Assembly (NCBI GenBank): GCA_039810425.1
Contig: JBDHWW010000027.1
Location: forward strand, 1 to 39,007
Direction: 5' to 3'
From: Pseudobdellovibrionaceae bacterium
Lineage (GTDB): Bacteria > Bdellovibrionota > Bdellovibrionia > Bdellovibrionales > Bdellovibrionaceae
Length of the DNA stretch: 39,007 nucleotides
In this document: positions 35,497 to 39,007 of the stretch, piece by piece
How positions within the stretch are numbered: the stretch's first letter is position 1
Layout: each line of letters opens with the position of its first letter
The notes under the pieces: generated by a model
Database searches by the model: none
What the model saw: the letters and a program-made list of their open reading frames with translations, nothing else
Told to the model about the DNA's origin: nothing
Made by a program: the position numbers and the translations under genes

Positions 35497-35522
35497 AAAA
35501 AAGCGTAGCATCCGGGCTACGC
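35497..35522 (-). promoter_or_regulatory. Flagellin leader hairpin with GGA loop and U tract
   Basis: GCGTAGC-CCGGAT-GCTACGC-TTTTTT on the minus strand; a possible sigma28 -10 (TCCGAAAT) lies just upstream. Confidence 0.55.
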
Positions 35523-35648
35523 CAATTTTGTGCTAAATATTTCGGAATTCTGATGCCTGACTGAACTCGGCTTGAGGAGAGAATTGCGGTGAATTTTTTG
35601 TCAAAGACAGAACTTGACCCGACTCATCTGTTCTATGATTATGCGGTC

Positions 35649-35825
35649 ATGCGGATACTTAAGGAAATTAAGGCCACATTCAAAGAGTCCGGATTCAAAG
35701 GTGTCACCCGAAAGTATGGGTGGAAACTATTTCTAGCAGTCTTCGTTTACTATCTGATCAGGGATATCACGCTCTATATCGTGATTCCCTATTTCGTGTA
35801 TCAAGGTTTTGCCGGGCAGTCATAA
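35649..35825 (+). CDS. Small membrane protein (58 aa)
   Basis: GFKGVTRKYGWKLFLAVFVYYLIRDITLYIVIPY; protein-like composition; TTGACC upstream. Confidence 0.65.
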   Translation: MRILKEIKATFKESGFKGVTRKYGWKLFLAVFVYYLIRDITLYIVIPYFVYQGFAGQS

Positions 35826-36187
35826 AGACGGATCAGGCGCGCACCGAAATATGCGCCAGAGCGAGACAAACTCCACGGCGGGTATGGCAAGAATTTGACT
35901 TCCGCACACTGCCCCTTTTGTACCACGGCCCAACGGCGATCCTCGGAAGAGGCTGTGAAAATTTCACCCGTCTTTGCGTCCTTGACTGCCACTGCAAATG
36001 AGAAAACTTGGTTTGCCGGCTTCGCGCCTTCCGTTGTCACGACAGCCAGAGGCGCTTCAACGCGCTCAACGCCATAGACTTCCCCATCCACTGATTTTGA
36101 AAAGATATACGGGTACCAATTAACCAAAACAAAACCGACAACGCAAAGACCGACAATCACAAATAAACCAAGTAAAGCTTTTTTCAT
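35801..36187 (-). CDS. Membrane-anchored hypothetical protein
   Basis: N-terminal TM helix followed by a beta-rich domain with two Cys. Confidence 0.7.
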   Translation of the reverse strand: MKKALLGLFVIVGLCVVGFVLVNWYPYIFSKSVDGEVYGVERVEAPLAVVTTEGAKPANQVFSFAVAVKDAKTGEIFTASSEDRRWAVVQKGQCAEVKFLPYPPWSLSRSGAYFGARLIRLYDCPAKP

Positions 36188-36229
36188 GGGGTTGAATTTA
36201 ACCTTTAACCCGGCGCAACAATCAAGAAA

Positions 36230-37744
36230 TTAAGAAGCCTTGGGCTTCATTTGTGGGATTTGGCCTAGAATCTCCATGGAATACTCATCCAAAAAGAAAT
36301 CACAGTGACGGCACTTCATCACGTAGTGGCCTTTTTCATTTGTATCGAGGAACAGGACCGCATCCGGATGGTGCGGGCACGTGAGAGATCCCGAGAATGA
36401 GTTCATGCGGTCTGGTGGCGCCTGCAAGAGTTCGTACACAATGTTCTGATCTCCCTCAAACCCCTTGATCACGCGCTCGCCGAGACGATTTATTCCGAAG
36501 CTTTCCGCCTCCAGCACGGCCGCCACATCGCAATCCACCAGGATCTGATCCGGCTCGGCCAAGTTAGTCAAACGAGAAGCCAGCGGGAGAGGGGCGCCGA
36601 TCGCCGTATAGCAACGGAAGAACTTTTTATTCCCATAGAACCCGACGTTTGCATAACCCACAGAGACTCCCATACGAATCTGCATTTCTTTTTTCCAATT
36701 CATCAAATAGAACTCGCGATCGGCCTGAAGCAAATCACGCACTTCTAATGCCGCGTAACTCGTCCTTTGTACGAAGTCCTTATGAAGAATCGGATCGTTG
36801 GCAAACGCGAGGATCCCATCCCCTTGGAATTTATCAATCGTCAGATCATACTTTAAAAAAGTCGAAACCACGGTATCCATAAAACGTGCGAGCACCTTGT
36901 CCACTTTTTGCTGATCTAAGCGCACGACTCGTTCCGTTGAGCCCACGATATCCACGAAAATCGCACAGATCTGCGCGCGGTGAACGCCCTTTTCAAGATC
37001 GACCCGGCCTTCGCGAATGGCGCGCACCACCTGCGGACTGAATTGCGAACTCAAAGTATTTAAACGGACCGCTTCACTGGCTTTCGCCTCAATCAGCGCG
37101 TCGCGATTGGCAATTTCTGACTTCAAAGCCATGCGTGAGTTGATTTCGCGAATGCGCAGGCCCTCATTAAAGTGCCGGATCAAGAAACAAACGATGATAG
37201 ATCCCACCGTAAAAAAAGTATGAACGAAGATCGTCTTATAGTCGGAAATGCCCTGCGCTTTCGTCAACACGATGGCGTAGTACGGAGAGAAAATTCCCGC
37301 CCCCAACATCACGAAACTGAGGCGATTAAACGGTATAAATGACAAGCTCCCAATAGCGACGAGATTCAACCCTGCATAGTACGGTGTGGAAGCATCCGGA
37401 ATCAGGAAAATGATGGCATTGATACATCCCGCGACTCCAATTCCGAATCCCACGGCGACCAGTTGTGCATGACCAAACACCCGCACACGGTCGATCATGT
37501 ACTTTGCGCCAAAGCACATCGGAATCACAAGCAAGCGGATCGCCAGGAAAGTCCATTTAAACTCAGGATAGAAGCTCAAATCCGCCAACCAGAACACCAT
37601 AAATAACGGAATCGCCATCCAGTGACAAATCACGTGCATGACCGAACGAATTTCCGCCATCACTTCGAATTCCCGAAGTGCGCTTGTGGTTATTTCAGGT
37701 GGCAAGCTCCCTTTTTCCTGTTCCAAGCAATCCTTACTTTTCAA
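36230..37744 (-). CDS. 6-TM sensor fused to class III adenylate/guanylate cyclase domain with C-terminal Cys/His knuckle
   Basis: Six hydrophobic segments including STPYYAGLNLV; FVDIVGST, IDKFQGDGILA, YTAIGAPLPLASRL; CPHH...CRHC. Start uncertain. Confidence 0.88.
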   Translation of the reverse strand: MKSKDCLEQEKGSLPPEITTSALREFEVMAEIRSVMHVICHWMAIPLFMVFWLADLSFYPEFKWTFLAIRLLVIPMCFGAKYMIDRVRVFGHAQLVAVGFGIGVAGCINAIIFLIPDASTPYYAGLNLVAIGSLSFIPFNRLSFVMLGAGIFSPYYAIVLTKAQGISDYKTIFVHTFFTVGSIIVCFLIRHFNEGLRIREINSRMALKSEIANRDALIEAKASEAVRLNTLSSQFSPQVVRAIREGRVDLEKGVHRAQICAIFVDIVGSTERVVRLDQQKVDKVLARFMDTVVSTFLKYDLTIDKFQGDGILAFANDPILHKDFVQRTSYAALEVRDLLQADREFYLMNWKKEMQIRMGVSVGYANVGFYGNKKFFRCYTAIGAPLPLASRLTNLAEPDQILVDCDVAAVLEAESFGINRLGERVIKGFEGDQNIVYELLQAPPDRMNSFSGSLTCPHHPDAVLFLDTNEKGHYVMKCRHCDFFLDEYSMEILGQIPQMKPKAS

Positions 37745-38918
37745 TCACCACAAAGAGGTTCACTCCGAGCGGTTCTTTTTCCACGTAGACTTTCGAACCA
37801 AAGCCTTTAAACATTCTTTCAAGGTCTTCTTTCGAGCGATAAATCAAATTCCAGTCAAGCCACAGCTCCATAAATGGCGCACACGGATTTTCCGTGCTGA
37901 AATTACCGATAATGAGCGTTCCGCCCGGCTTTAAACAAGCCAGCATCTTTTGCGCCGCCATTTGGGCGACGGGCTCTGTGAAATAGTCAAAAAGACCGGC
38001 TGAGTAAACGAAGTCGTAATCCTTTTCCGGCAAGCCCGCGGCAATCACGTTACGGATCGCGAGGTTTCTGAATTGGAATTTAAATCCCGATTTCACAAAG
38101 CGCTCCATTGAACCGATTTGCTTTTGCGCATGCTTCAGGGACTCTTCGTCTTGGTCCAGGCACGTGAAGGACACGTTACGGCCGTAACACTCGCGATGGT
38201 TCTGCAAAAAGAGCTGCTGCTCAACCGCAGGGCCGCTGGCGACCGAGATGATCTTCATAAGCTCGTTGGCAGGATGGGCTTTTACCAACTGGGCCAATTT
38301 TGCTTCGAGGTATTCGCCGCGGTTTTTCACCGCGACACCTGCCGGTTCATCGACGAAATACTTATGCATGCATTGATCAAACAACGTCCTGCCGGTCACT
38401 TCGGCGCGGTAAAGATGGTTCATCATTTCATAGTCACCGGCATAGCCGCGGGGCTTGTAATAAGCGCGCGCCGCAAACGGAGCACCGTAAATGTAAGGCC
38501 CAATTTGTTCCCGAATGAAATCCGTCGCAAACTGGGTGTCTTCGGGGCTGAGGCCCTTTAACATTGGTGGAACTTGGCTATAAACATGCGGAACAACGCT
38601 GCCGATGTATTCGCCCATGTTCTCAACAATGGTCATGCGATACTCGGCGGCTTCTTGCGCATTATCAACCGGCGCATCTTTTTCGAGCTGGTCAATTTGT
38701 TCTTTCAATTTCTGGAACCAGTCGCGCACCTGGAAGACGATCTGCCGGTAATTTTCCGGCAGGCGCTGAACCTTGGCGGCGTACTCGTTTTGCTTTTGTA
38801 AAACGCCCGCTGTGAGTTCCAAAACTTTGATCCGGTCGATCTTGAAAGGCTCCCCGATGGTCTCAAAGGCCCAAATGCGCTCACCGCTCACGCTGGTGGG
38901 GTGCGCTTCATCGCGCAC
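37734..38918 (-). CDS. Class I SAM-dependent methyltransferase, PhcB-like; probably 5'-incomplete
   Basis: YYKPRGYAGDYEMMN, SVASGPAVE, LDQDEESL, YSAGLFDY, LKPGG.LIIGNF, WNLIYRS; frame stays open about 20 codons upstream of the GTG. Confidence 0.88.
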   Translation of the reverse strand: MRDEAHPTSVSGERIWAFETIGEPFKIDRIKVLELTAGVLQKQNEYAAKVQRLPENYRQIVFQVRDWFQKLKEQIDQLEKDAPVDNAQEAAEYRMTIVENMGEYIGSVVPHVYSQVPPMLKGLSPEDTQFATDFIREQIGPYIYGAPFAARAYYKPRGYAGDYEMMNHLYRAEVTGRTLFDQCMHKYFVDEPAGVAVKNRGEYLEAKLAQLVKAHPANELMKIISVASGPAVEQQLFLQNHRECYGRNVSFTCLDQDEESLKHAQKQIGSMERFVKSGFKFQFRNLAIRNVIAAGLPEKDYDFVYSAGLFDYFTEPVAQMAAQKMLACLKPGGTLIIGNFSTENPCAPFMELWLDWNLIYRSKEDLERMFKGFGSKVYVEKEPLGVNLFVVIEK

Positions 38919-39007
38919 TTTGCGAAGATGTATGAACTGTTTTTTTAGGAGTGAGACGAATCTGATTTTTTTGGTTCGTCAGTTTGATTGTTAAACTTTT
39001 ATACAGT

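Overview
Chromosomal window of about 39 kb with roughly 35 protein genes. It most likely comes from a Bdellovibrionota predatory bacterium; this is inferred from the short MGMRVTTN-type flagellin, an SH3 + L,D-transpeptidase, many secreted hypothetical proteins and degenerate signalling proteins. I found no rRNA, tRNA, CRISPR array or mobile element. Recognisable genes include an OmpR-family two-component pair, a small outer-membrane beta-barrel, hutG-ltaE-TDO-htpG, a BCP peroxiredoxin, fadD, a MerC-like gene, selO, TetR-TolC-RND, an HD-GYP protein, csbD, lgt, a GT4 glycosyltransferase, an NmrA-like gene, a Fur-family regulator and a flagellin. Five observations stand out. (1) A PhcB-like SAM methyltransferase (KPRGYAGDYEMM) is coupled to a 6-TM sensor fused to a class III nucleotide cyclase, a possible quorum-sensing circuit with cyclic-nucleotide output. 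(2) An unannotated ~70-nt sRNA candidate, divergent from the response regulator, is complementary to the SD hairpin of the neighbouring outer-membrane protein gene. (3) A 362-nt same-strand dual-coding overlap contains an 18-bp tandem repeat that encodes both a Gln-rich lipoprotein tail and a histone-like Lys/Ser arm on the peroxiredoxin. (4) A His-less Hpt-like protein carries a CheZ-like C-terminal peptide. (5) Several genes look leaderless. All family assignments come from motif recognition by eye; no database searches were run.
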